From Chrysomallon squamiferum (taxonomy: Eukaryota; Animalia; Mollusca), in the NCBI GenBank assembly GCA_012295275.1, contig CM022670.1, positions 16,988,001-17,052,000 of the forward strand: 64,000 bases of DNA, written 5' to 3'. A program made the translations under genes and the position numbers. The first letter of the stretch is position 1. Each line of letters starts with the position of its first letter. The notes under the pieces were generated by a model. That model worked only from the letters and a program-made list of their open reading frames with translations, was not told the origin of the DNA and ran no database searches. Of this stretch, positions 37,301-48,444 are shown one piece after another.

Positions 37301-39678
37301 TTCATTTCTCACTGGTGGGAAGAGGATTATTTTATTTTTTTATTACTTTTTTGTTTGTTTGATTCTTTCATTTCTCAGTCATCACAAATGCATTATTTTG
37401 TTTGTTTTTTAATAATTCTGAACTTTAATTATCACTACCTTAATATTTATAGAATGTATTTTTAACATTTCAGATCTCAGAAAAAAATATTTTTATGCCA
37501 TAATAGTCTTTTTTTTTCTTTTTTTTTAAGATATTTATTTTGTTTTGTTTGGAAAGAGGACTTTGAATTCTTCTGATGAGAGAAATATTTGTTTGAATTT
37601 AATTTTAATCATGACTTTGCATGTATGTAATTGAGTGCAGACTTTCAGTATAATATGCCACATAAAAATTAACTAATCAGTGAAATTAATTCTGTTGGAA
37701 AAACAGAGTCCAGCTTCTAGCTGCAGGAATCCTAAACTGTGCAGTCTGATGAAAGAATCCAAGGTTATTGCACTTGGCGTACAAAATGGGTAATTTTGTT
37801 TTATGTGTTGACTGACAGACAGACAGACAGATTTAGATATACATATGGATAGATACAAATATAGATATATATATATGTCTTGTTGTATGTTTATGTTTGT
37901 GTGTGTGTGCTTGTGTGTGTATATGTGTATATATATATAGAGAGAGAGAGATGCAACCAAATATATCTGAATATTTTAATATTTTAATATTATAACAACA
38001 AACAAACAAAAAATAGAAAAAGAAAGAAACAAAAACAAACAATAATCAATGAAATTTTGAGATAAAATAATTGTTTGTCACTACTATTAATGTCTTTTAT
38101 CTTTAGAAACTACATGAAAGATTTCAAGGTAAAGTATGAAAAATACTCATTTCATCTGATTAGATGAGTTCAGTTTCATTCTAGTGCAGCCAGTACATTT
38201 TCAACAAAATATGCTGTATCCTACAATAAGTTTTGAAATTTAAATAGGACATGAATTTTTTTTTTTTTAATATTATAAATTGATAAATATGCCATTTGAC
38301 CTGAAACCTATCTGCATCATTTGGTAAACTGCAAAAATTTCTTCATCCAGAATAGAAACAACAAATTTGCTTACTTCAGTAGTTTATACTTATCTTTATT
38401 AGTTTATACTTGTGCTTATTAGTTTATACTTATGTTTATACTTACATTAATAGTTCACACTTAGGTTTTTCAGTTTATGTTTATGTTGATTAGTTCATAT
38501 TTATGTTTATTAGTTCATACTAATTGTTTATTAGTAAATGTTGATTAATTTATACTTGCATTTATTAGTTCACAGTTATGTTTATTAGTTTATAATTATG
38601 TTTATTAGTTTATATTTATATTGATTAGTTCATATTTATGTCGATTATTTCATACTTATGTTTATTAGTTCATACTAACTGTTTATTAGTAAATGTTGAT
38701 TAATTTATACTTGTATTTATTAGTTTACACTTATGTTTATTGGTTTATACTTACATTTATTATTTATACTTCTATATTATACTTATCTTCATTAGCATAT
38801 ACTTATGTTTATTAGTTTATACTTATCTTTATTAGTATATCTTTATTGGTTTATACTTTTCTTTATTAGTTTATCTTTATTGGTTTATACTTATCTTTAT
38901 TAGTATATTCTTATGTTTATTAGTTTATACTTATGTTTATTAGTATGTATTTATGTTCATTAGTATATACTTAGATTCATCAGTTTATACTTATGTTTAT
39001 TAATTTATACTAAATGTTAATTAGTTTATATTTATGTTTTTAGCTACTTACACATAGAGTTTGTAACTCTTGAAGGAAACATGAACTATGACCTTCATCA
39101 GATTGGACTAACAATAAGAACTCCGAGTTCGCTGGGAAGTAAGCCAGTTGGTATGGTGTGGAGACGAATTCCGCCTGAATACAGCAGAACTGACATGCTT
39201 CCAGTTGACAGAGAACTCATCATGAGTGACGTTTTTGAGTTTCAAATCTTCACAACTGATGTGTCAGATGACTTCATCCTGGAAATACCAGTTTACTCCA
39301 AACCAGATAACTCTGAAGAGGTTTACATGAAAACAGACAGAAGCGAACGCATTGGAAAGCTTAAGGATATTAAAAAAGTTAAAAAGGTTATTTATTTATT
39401 CATTTATTTATTTATTTTTATGTATAATTATTATCTGCAATTAATTGCTCTAATTTTACTTTTTCTCTCACATCATTTTTCTTTTACATTTTGTGGGTTT
39501 TTATGTTGTTTTTTGGGGGGTTTTATGGAAAAAAACCCATTTATTTATTTATTTATTTATTTATTTATTATTATTTATTGTAGTAGTGTTATTTCTGTTG
39601 TTGTTTTTGAGTTTGTTGCTAATCCTACTGCTACTATGATTACTACTACTACTAGTGCAGTTATTATTACTGATGATG

Positions 39679-39712
<34 letters not shown>

Positions 39713-42700
39713 CACTACTGCTATTATTATCATTACTATTGTTGTTCATGTTATTAATATGTTTTCTGTTTAAAGGGTCAGTGGGTGTGCTGTGCTAAAA
39801 CCAATCCTTGTTCAATGAATTCCTTTGTTTTGGTGACATCACCAATAACAGAAAAGTTTCCAGTCACAGCAGCTGGTGGAACTTTCTCATCAAACATGGC
39901 AACAGTGGACATTTTTGTCAAACCAGAAACATTTAAGAAACGTGGACATCTTAACTTTGAGGTAGACATGTTTCATAGCTAACAACAATTTTGAAAGAAA
40001 AGAAATTGCATCTATAAACATTATAAATCTAGAAAAATTAACCAAACAAAGTTTAAGTGTTTTACCTTTGGTTAAAATTGCTATAACAATGCACAAGAAA
40101 TTTTATTATTATGGATCTATCTACCCATTCAGTTATTATTGCATGTCTAAAATATCAACTTTGTAACATTATGTTTTATTTTAATTTCCCTTTTTTCTGT
40201 TGTTTTTGTTTACTTTTTTAAAATTTAAATCTGTACAGTCTATAATAAATAAGATTTAGAAATGTTAAAACAAATCATGATCCATAGCTGTGAAATTATC
40301 ATTATCTTTTACTTTTTCCTGTAGGTAATTCCAAAACCACCACTTGAAGAAGACATATTTGACAACGTGCTCTCGTTATCCAATTTTTTTGATATCAGCC
40401 ATTCTGCTGGAGAACAGCCAAACAAAGAGATGATTATGACAGTTCCGCTGCCTGATAACTTCAAAGCAAAAGGTGACCTGTATGTGATGGCTTGCCATGA
40501 GCAAGTTGAAAGTGAAAATGAAGAAGATTTTTGGGAAATCCTTCATAAAAATCCTCCCATTGATAATGATACAGTTAGTGTGCACATGCAGCATTTCTCA
40601 GAGTGAGTATCATAAAGACTACATACATTATTGAAAAAATACTTTAAAATAAATATCAGTGAAGATATTGTATTTCTTTTCTTTAAAAATTAACTTTTAT
40701 TTCAATATTGAAACTATAATTTTCTTTGAACTTTTTAAATTTTAAACAAAAATGTTTTGTGTTTTATTACATTATTCATCAGTCATATAATTTTTTGGTA
40801 TAAAAATATCCATTCCTATATGAATCTCATCAGTTAAAAACAAAATACTTGTTTTAAAATAATGAATATGTAAACCATACATTTGGAAAATATATATTTC
40901 TTATGAAACAAGATTTTCTGTTTTCCTTTTTCTCCCTACTTTATTATGTATATAACTTTTATTACTATTTTCTTTATCTAGATTCAATTTAATAGAATAT
41001 AAAAAATTAGTCATAGACTACTCAAAATCAGAAATTGAGCAGAAGAAAGATGAAGAAGAAATAAAAAAAGAAGTCATCAAGTTAAATTCTGAGCTGCTGG
41101 ACAAAGCCAAACGTCGTGAGTGCAGTGTTGTGTTCATGGCCATGTTGAAGAATCTTTCTGACACCAATAATGGAGAAGTAGTTGTAGAATGCACCAGAAG
41201 CAACAAGAAAAACGAACGTCTTCAACACTGGAAATGTGAAGGTTACAAAGACCAGAAGCCAAGCTATACGACAGAATTCATCATACTTCCAAAACAAGAG
41301 TTTAAAATCAACATAGTTGGAAGTGCTCTGAAAGAAAAGCAAACATTGAGTAAATTACAGTATCATCCTAAAAGACAAAACGTGCTCAAGCTGCCTGTCA
41401 TTGTGGATGATAACAAAGATGGTTATGTGGATATTGCAAAGAAGGAGGAGGAGGATGTTCAGAAGGAGTTTGAGGACAATCCAAATTATAAAACTTTGGC
41501 ACAGATATTGCTACATTTTATCCAGATACACAAAAGTGAAGACAATGAAAATGTTGAAGAGGAAAAGACATCTGAAGGTAAAACAAACTGCATAATTAAA
41601 GTGGTGTAGGATTGTCTATTTTTGTTTCCTTTGGTGCATTATGAAGACACATGTTATTAAGTTGAATTCAGATATATTTAAAAAAATATGTTTTGATAAT
41701 CAGAAGCCTATCTTTAATCAGCTTCAAGCACTCTCTACACTTCAATACATCTCTCCCCAAACACTGGACACCGTCTTTTAGAAAACTTTATCATAAAATC
41801 AGCTAAAAAATACCAGTCAAGTTTAATAGAAAATGATCAGTGTCACCCCCTTCAAGTGGAACCCAGGGCACATGCCATAACTGTCATACTTAATTATGAT
41901 GCTGTTGACCATTTACAGGCAAATACTAGAATAAAGTTTGATGTTTGTGTGTGTGCATATTTGCATTTTTACTTAGAGTTCCTTGTTTAAATTTAAATAT
42001 TTGTAGTCTTCCTCTGTAACTAAGAAAACTTTGAAGTTATCAATACACTTCTTTGTTTTCTACAAGCAGCAAATATAATACATACAGTCTAAAACCCTTT
42101 CTAAATGTAACAAATTAATTTCTTCTGTCTGTCTGTCTGCCTGTCTCTTTCACAGAGTTGTTCTCTTGTTTTGAAAGGGTTTACAAATATCTGTCTGTCT
42201 GTCTGTCTGACTGATTCTTTCACAGAGTTGTTCTCTCATTTTGAAAGGGTTTACAAATATCTGTATGTCTGTCTCTCTGCCTGACCCTCTCTCTGATTCT
42301 TTCACAAAGTTGTTCTCTTGTTTTGAAAGGGTTTACAAATAGCTGTATGTCTGTCTGTTTGTCTGTCTAATTCTCTCTGATTCTTTAATAGTATTGTTCA
42401 CTTGTTTTGAAAGGGTTTACAAATATTTGTCTGTCTGCCTGTCTGTCTGTCTGACTGATTCTTTCACAGAGTTGTTCTCTTGTTTTGAAAGGGTTTACAA
42501 ATATCTGTATGTCTGTCTCTCTGCCTGACCCTCTCTCTGATTCTTTCACAAAGTTGTTCTCTTGTTTTAAAAGGGTTCACAAATGAAAAACTGCTGAAGG
42601 ATTTGGCTCAAGACCTGGGTTCTGAATGGCAGCGTGTTGCAGTACAGTTGGGATTTTCAGAAATATCTCTGAAAATGAAGGGAGGAAGGAAGAAAATCAG

Positions 42701-45700
42701 AGATACAGAGTCAGTTAACATGTTGAACTACTCATTTGTATCAGTCAGCTTTTGATAACTAAAACAGATAATTTTGTGTTGTATTGTTAAATATTATTCT
42801 AACAGTTCTGACTATTTTAAATGCCACTTTAACAGTCGTTATATAAAATATTTGAAACTAAAAAGAATTAAAGTTTGCTTTAAAAAAGTGTAAGAATAAA
42901 CAATCAAATAATCAGTGTGTTGGTGTGGTCAGTTTGACATATTCATTTTATTTACAAGTTTGTACTGAGTTTTTATTCATTTCTGTACAGTTTGATTCTG
43001 CTGTTACCATTACTCCAGATCTTTGATTTTAAAGAAAATTATTTGATTTATTAAAATTTTCTTACAAGAACATTATCTTTAATACATGTTTTGTAATTTT
43101 TTAATTGCTGAATTTGCTGGAATTGTTATCCTTTGTTTGTACCATTACTCCAAATCTTCTGTTTTAAAGAAAATTATTTATTTTCACTAATTTTATTAAA
43201 GTTACAGCTTTAATGCAAAAACAACCTCTTTAATTTTCATTTCATTATTTTTGAATCAGTTGCTGAAATCTTGGAGAGACAGTCGATTACACAGAAATGA
43301 CCACGGAGTTCCAGAACTTCTTATAGCTCTTCAGAAAGGAGGAAGAACTGATTTAGTGCAGAAAATCATGAAAAGACTTGAAGAATGGTAAAACCTCAAA
43401 TTTTATAACTGCAAAAAAATATTAAAAAAGATAAATAAATTAATCAAATAAAAATAAATAAATAATATTATTTAATAATGCAATATTTCTAAAACTGTTT
43501 CAAACACTGTAGCTGAGAGTTATGGAATTGGCTTCCATTAATTGTAAATAATAATATAATACAGTATAATGAAAACTAATAATACTGTGTAATGAAAAAT
43601 AATAGTATTGCAAAATAAAAAATAATAGTACTGTGTAATGAAAAGGATTATAACATATTAGATATTTTTTCCTGTACAGAAATTATAAATTAGTTATTAA
43701 TGTTATTTAGGATTATTAAATGTTACATATTTGTTTCTGTCTGGAAATTATAAATAAGTTATTATTGTTATTTAGGATTATTAAATATTTCTTTCTGGTC
43801 TGAATAGAAATTATCAATTGGTTATTACTATCACTTAGAATAATTAAATATTAAATATTTCTTTCTGTTTAGAAGTTACAAATGAGTTATTAATGTTTGT
43901 TATTTAGGATTATTAAATATTAGATATTACTTTCTGTATAGAAATTCTAAATTACTTGTTAATGTTATTTAAAATGATTAAATATTAGATATTTCTTTCT
44001 GTATGGAAATTATGAATAAGTTATTATTATTATTTAGAATTATTAAATACTAGATATTTCTTTCTGTCTGAATGGAAATTATAAATTAGTTATTAATGTT
44101 ATTATTTAGGTTTGGAAAAAATAAAATGCAAGAAGACAGATTCTGCAGTTGGCTGAAAGTGACACTGAATGGAAGTTCAGCAACTAAAAAGGGTAAAACA
44201 TAAACATTAAAACAGTTATATACATGACAACTGACTTGCTAAATGAACATATTCTGATGTTCAGTACGTTTGTAGTGTAGTAATGCTGACAGTTTACTCA
44301 AACTTAACTGTAAAAAACATGCATTTTATGTGAAATGTACTTATATAAATTTATTCTTTTATTTTATATATTTTACTTTCTTTGAATTTTTTTTTTTTTT
44401 TTTTTGTTTCAGTCAGTTTATCTGCTAATTATCAATCCATTTGAAAAAATTCTTATCCTGCAACTAAACTGAAAAATATTTGTAATTGTCATTTGATACA
44501 TTTTTTTATTTTTATTTTTATTTTTTTATAATAACAGTAGTTAGTGACAGACGTTTCTTAACATGTCTGAATATAGCACACCCGTGAGAATGAATTTAGT
44601 TCAGACCTCCGTACATATTTGCTTGTGTTATTGTTCTCCCCTGTATGTGCTAACTGTACCCAGGTTTCTATTGCACCATCACTTTACTGCACCACTGTTT
44701 CTTTTAAGACTTCATTATTTACTAAGTGAGCTAGTAACATGGGTATAGTTGTTGTTTTCATTTAGAAGATGGTTTTAGCAATACACAGACTCACAAGGGA
44801 AATAGTTAAGTAGACATGTTAAAATTGTAAATTCTGATTTCATTTAAATTCCATAAATTGTCACTTTTAATAGGAAGACAGAAAATTCTTAAAACTGGTA
44901 TTCATAGGGATGACTGAAATATAAATGCCCCTGTTGACTTTCCTGTATTACATAGTTAGAGAAACTGAATAATTCTTTTTATTTTTGTCTCAGAACTTCC
45001 CAAGCCGATGTCTGATGAGTTTATTGCACAGCTTGTTGAAAAGACTGGTGTAATTTTTGACTTGGCGAAAGAACTGGATGTTTCCAAACCTGAACTGGAG
45101 CTCATTCTCATTGATCCCCTGTCCTCCACTCCTGAGAGCAAAATGATCAAGGTAGATTTATAATTTTACTGAATTTGTAACAAAAACATTTATTATCTAT
45201 ATTTTGCTGTAAATTTTATGTTTTAATTTCAGTTATTTATGACAAGCAGGGATAAACAGACATCAGATGACAGAGCTTTCCAAGTAGTTGTGGAGGCTTT
45301 GTCAAAATTTTACCTGGAGGAACCTAGGAACTGGATGTTACAAACAGCGCGGTCCTGGTATGTGGTTGTTTGTTGTTGGTTTTTTGTCATTTTTTGTAAA
45401 AATAGCTTTTTTATGAAAAGTTAAATTAAAGTTAACTATAAATTAATCTACTTGTATTTATTTTAAAATGATGTCACACACCAATATAAATTTTATGAGC
45501 AAACCAGTTATTGTTTCATTTCTCTAAAATACATCTATTTTTAAAAATTTCATGTATGTATGTACAAGATTTTATTTTATTATTTTTTTTAGGGAAAACA
45601 CTGTAGAAAAATCACATCATCCTTTTGTTCAAAATATTTCTGATTATTTGGATGAAGCAGAGCCTTATTTTATGCCAGGCCCAGGAGATGATGAAGCTTT

Positions 45701-45704
45701 ATAA
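17176..45704 (+). CDS. Giant ankyrin-repeat / ZU5-ZU5-UPA / tandem death-domain protein (~4,500 aa); reading frame interrupted in this assembly
   Basis: Exons: 17176-17180, 18440-18797, 19022-19205, 22382-24000, 24305-24544, 24805-26696, 27282-27326, 27981-28118, 28465-32636, 32789-35171, 35628-35739, 36286-36384, 36757-36855, 37117-37215, ~37707-37789, 39044-39386, 39776-39961, 40325-40602, 40982-41577, 42574-~42737, 43260-43387, 44110-44192, 44994-45151, 45233-45357, 45593-45704 (TAA). Splice phases join consistently; about 13.7 kb coding. Many TPLHxAA-type ankyrin repeats, an HFS motif and death-domain motifs. The six frameshifts and two stops all fall in the four large exons. Confidence 0.82.
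18440..19205 (+). CDS. Giant gene exons 2-3: N-terminal putative ubiquitin-like domain
   Basis: Open frame from the acceptor at 18440 (QFAKDYDT...TFDLNSRSTLAEVRRKI..GFIFLHKNSEVRRSQERNISVFDILPK). Phase-0 join to 19022-19205, phase-1 join to 22382. Confidence 0.7.
19254..19517 (-). mobile_element. Tigger/pogo-like MITE, copy 2 (intron of giant gene), opposite orientation
   Basis: 264 bp, TA-flanked. Ends are CAAATTGAGGATCCCTTATCCAAAA ... TTTCATATAAAGGATTCCAAATCAG. Internal GATATCTTACAGTTTTCGGAT is nearly the reverse complement of ATCTGAAAACTGTAAGATATC in copy 1. Confidence 0.7.
22382..26696 (+). CDS. Giant gene exons 4-6: ankyrin repeats with duplicated Cys/His motif
   Basis: ORFs 22399-23823, 24794-26098 and 26110-26700 carry ankyrin motifs (ATPLHYAAHSG, RTALHEAVQSN, STPLHYACYLG, VTPLSIAAAAG). 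Frame breaks at about 23780-23821 and about 26086-26096. Confidence 0.88.
23878..24923 (+). repeat. Intron-spanning tandem duplication (~500-545 bp unit)
   Basis: CCAAAAAAGAATTCTATTACTGCTACACTTAAGAAGTGT...GGGAACCGACAGAG|GTAAAT ends at both 24000 and 24544. TTTCAG|GAAnGTCCATTAyTGTCGAGTTGGAAATGAA starts at both 24305 and 24805. The two introns are similar to each other. Confidence 0.92.
28465..35171 (+). CDS. Giant gene exons 9-10: ankyrin array followed by an uncharacterised repeated domain
   Basis: ORFs 28454-28993, 29099-32119 (1006 aa, ankyrin motifs), 32184-32681, 32833-33957 and 34111-35274. One clear intron at 32637-32788. Confidence 0.85.
35628..37215 (+). CDS. Giant gene: C-terminal ankyrin block with one repeat per exon
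   Basis: Exon 35628-35739 is followed by three 99-nt phase-0 exons (NGTTPFMRSC.., LHRTPLHYIAAYG.., YGRTPLHYAVNK..). Confidence 0.88.
38380..39043. repeat. ~20-bp AT-rich minisatellite (TTATTAGTTTATACTTATGT-like) ending at a splice acceptor
   Basis: Many degenerate tandem copies are visible; the array ends at TTTTAG|C (39043/39044). Confidence 0.85.
39044..41577 (+). CDS. Giant gene: ZU5-like, ZU5 (HFS) and UPA-like module
   Basis: FPVTAAGGTFSS..VDIFVKPETF..VLSLSNFFDI..MIMTVPLP..LYVM..WEIL..VSVHMQHFS|EF fits the ZU5 pattern, with HFS at 40592-40600. It is preceded by a similar beta-rich unit (LIMSDVFEF..FILEIPV) and followed by a UPA-like segment (VVFMAM..VVVEC..EFKINIVG..LQYHPKRQN). Confidence 0.72.
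42125..42585. repeat. 70-84-bp minisatellite, 6 copies, each containing the death-domain exon acceptor
   Basis: GTTGTTCTCTTGTTTTGAAAG|GGTTTACAAAT-like units with the AG at 42177, 42247, 42329, 42413, 42491 and 42573. Confidence 0.9.
42574..45704 (+). CDS. Giant gene: two C-terminal death-fold domains
   Basis: DD1: LLKDLAQDLGSEWQRVAVQLGFS...LLKSWRD..GVPELLIALQKGGRTDLVQKI (classic death-domain pattern). DD2, more divergent: MSDEFIAQLVEK..FDLAKELDVSKPELELI..KMIKLF..AFQVVVEALSKF. Confidence 0.8.
43650..44109. repeat. ~60-bp AT-rich minisatellite ending at a splice acceptor
   Basis: Repeated GAAATTATAAATTAGTTATTAATGTTATTTAGGATTATTAAATATTAGATATTTCTTTCTGT-like units; the last TATTTAG|G is the real acceptor. 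Confidence 0.82.
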
Positions 45705-46744
45705 AATCAGAAAAATAAAACATTTGTTGGTACCTTTTTTTTTGAAAATAACTAATATTCTTGTCACAAACTGTCACAGTATCATAATGATTTTATTTTT
45801 ATTTTACTACATGCATTTGCTGAAGTTAAATAGTTCTGGTTTTGTGCACCTATGTACTGACTTCTTGATATACACAAATATAATTAGTTTCATAGTTTAA
45901 CCATCCATTACTGAATTTATTGGCAGTTATATTAAAAATTACATTTTATATTTTGGTACTTTTTATGCTCTGTAACAGTAGACTGAGTATAGTTAATTAT
46001 AAATGTTTTGTGTTTTATATTTAGATCCATGATACAGAAATTTATTTTACTTTTAACTTTTGGTTATTTTTATGCATATGTATTTTTATCCAGTTTGGTA
46101 TAGCTAACACTCTAGAATTTGTTTTGAATGTTTAATATTTGGTAATTTTATTTATAATTTTCACCTATAATTAGGAATTGACAAATGTCTGTGTCAACCA
46201 CTGAAAACCTGCCCAGTGTTTCTTTTAAGCAGTTTTCACTGTTGATGGGCTTTTTGTTTGGTTTCTTTGGTGTGATTTGTTTGTTGTTGTTTTTTTGTGG
46301 TGGAGGGTTTGATCAATTAATTACATGTAGTGCTATGAATTTGAAAATGTTTTGAAATGTTTATTTTATATTATTAATAATTTTTTGAAGAAGGAACAAA
46401 ATTTAGAAAACATATTTCATATATATATGTGATTTTAAAAAAAAGGAGTAGTTTTGTACTCTGTGTATGTCTATGTTTTAACTATATTTTTATAAAATGA
46501 TTCATCTGTAAAACATGTTTTGAAACATTTTGAAGTAATAACCCTAGTTCTTTTCTCTGTATATGTTCTAACTGTCAAAATAGCAGAAGAAAATGTAGCA
46601 GAAGAGAGGGTATCATGTTATTCAGCAGACAAATGATATATCTGTGTTTATTTTTTATTTATTAATTTATTTTTATTACTGTTAGTAGTAGCAGTAGTAG
46701 TATTTTTGTTTATTATTATTATTATTATTATTATTAATTTATAA

Positions 46745-47225
46745 AATACTGTGATAAAGTAATATGAAAGTATTTTATAGAAGCACTATGATATAGAAAT
46801 ATGGAAGAATTTTATAGAAATGCTGTGATATAGTAATATGAAATTATTTTATAGAAGTGCTGTGATATAGTAATATGAAATTATTTTATAGAAGTGCTGT
46901 GATATAGTAATATGAAATTATTTTATAGAAGTGCTGTGATATAGTAATATGGAATTATTTTATAGAAGTGCTGTGATAAAGAAATATGAAATTATTTTAT
47001 AGAAATGCTGTGATAAAGAAATGTGAAATGATTTTAGAAATGAAAGAAATTAAATAATAGAAATGCTGTAATAATGTATCTTGAAATTATTTTATGAATT
47101 ATATAAATTTTGAAATTATTTTTAGAAGTGTATATAAAATATGAAATTATTTTTATAGAACGTTATAAAATTGAAAATTTTATAGAAATGTGATTAAAAT
47201 GAAGTTCTATTTTGTAGAAATGTGT
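46745..47225. repeat. 37-bp minisatellite downstream of the giant gene
   Basis: ATAGAAGTGCTGTGATATAGTAATATGAAATTATTTT head-to-tail (GAAGTGC at 46854, 46891, 46928), decaying at both ends. Confidence 0.88.
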
Positions 47226-48407
47226 GTGTGTATGGAATGATTTTCCAGATTTTTTAAATCATTTTTAAAAAAAATTAACAAGTTTTATTTATGAATTAAA
47301 TTTTATATTTTTTTATAAAAAGTAATAATTTGTATAGAACGTTTTAAAATTAAAACAAATGTGATTAAAAAAGTTCTCTGAGGATTTTTTTGAAAAAACA
47401 AAACAAAATTATATTTAAATATTTTTTACATGGATAAGTTCTGACCCTGACCTGGCTGTTTCTGTGCCAAACTCTGACTTGAATTTTGGCCAGATCTGAT
47501 ATCAAGTCCAGCAAGAACTGGCAGATTTTTGGATCAGTATGCTGGGTCATTGCAGCCATATGAAAATGCTTCCTTTAATTGTTTGGTGAAAACTTTGCAA
47601 TCAAGTATAGACTTCATCAGGAAGAGTTAACAGTTTATTTTGAATTTAATTTTTTTTTAATTTTAGTTACAGTTTTACAAAATGCTTCGTCTGTTTGCAG
47701 TATATGATCTTCACAGATATTGAGTAATATAAGTTTGATGCATAAAATGTGCATATTTATTAAAGCTTTCTGGAACTGTTTAGATGCAAAGACGACCTTG
47801 ATTTTATCAAAGAAGTCTAGAATTATTGATTGTGTAATTACAGCTGAAATAAAATTTGGTCCACAGAAAAATTAATTTCAAAATAAATTAGCAGGCCTAC
47901 CTAAATTTATAACAATGCACGAAATTTTAATATATATATGACGTGTATAAAAATATTTATTTTATATATTTACACAGTGACATCAAACACAAGATCTAAA
48001 TCTTCCTATAAAATCAGTTTGGGTTTTGTCCACATTTGCAATAAGCAGTTGCTTAAAGTATTTTGTATTTTGTATCTATACTTGTGAGACAGCAACAGAA
48101 AACAAACGATCAAGGCACTGAAAATGTAATTTAGAAATTCAGAAAGTATTATAATTTACAAATGTGCTTTTTAAATAATAAAAGTATGTTAAATTGTACA
48201 GGAATGACACGATGTTTAACAATACGAAATTCTATAATTGTCAAAAAAAATATATATCAAAATTAATTTTCTGTTAAGATAAAATTAATTCTTATGAATT
48301 CAAAAGAATCCTGAGTGAAAACAGTAACTGACCTCTACAAGCAGCAAAATGGATGCGATGAGTTGCTCAGATGTATATAAAGCAAATAATAATAATAATA
48401 ATAATAA

Positions 48408-48444
<37 letters not shown>

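Noticed and set aside
17176-45704. Calling the giant gene canonical ankyrin (ANK1/2/3) or PIDD1
   Set aside because: The repeats are irregular and interrupted, the ZU5 lacks the conserved ankyrin FLVSFMVDARGG-type sequence, there are no LRRs, and there are extra domains. No gene symbol assigned.
46745-47225. 37-bp repeat array as a CRISPR array
   Set aside because: Units are head-to-tail with no unique spacers, there are no cas genes, and the context is eukaryotic; it is an ordinary minisatellite.
47425-47565. GC-richer island (and a similar-looking one at ~27370-27640) as a gene or RNA
   Set aside because: No splice-consistent ORF, tRNA fold or clear terminal repeats. Probably decayed repeat fragments that I cannot classify.
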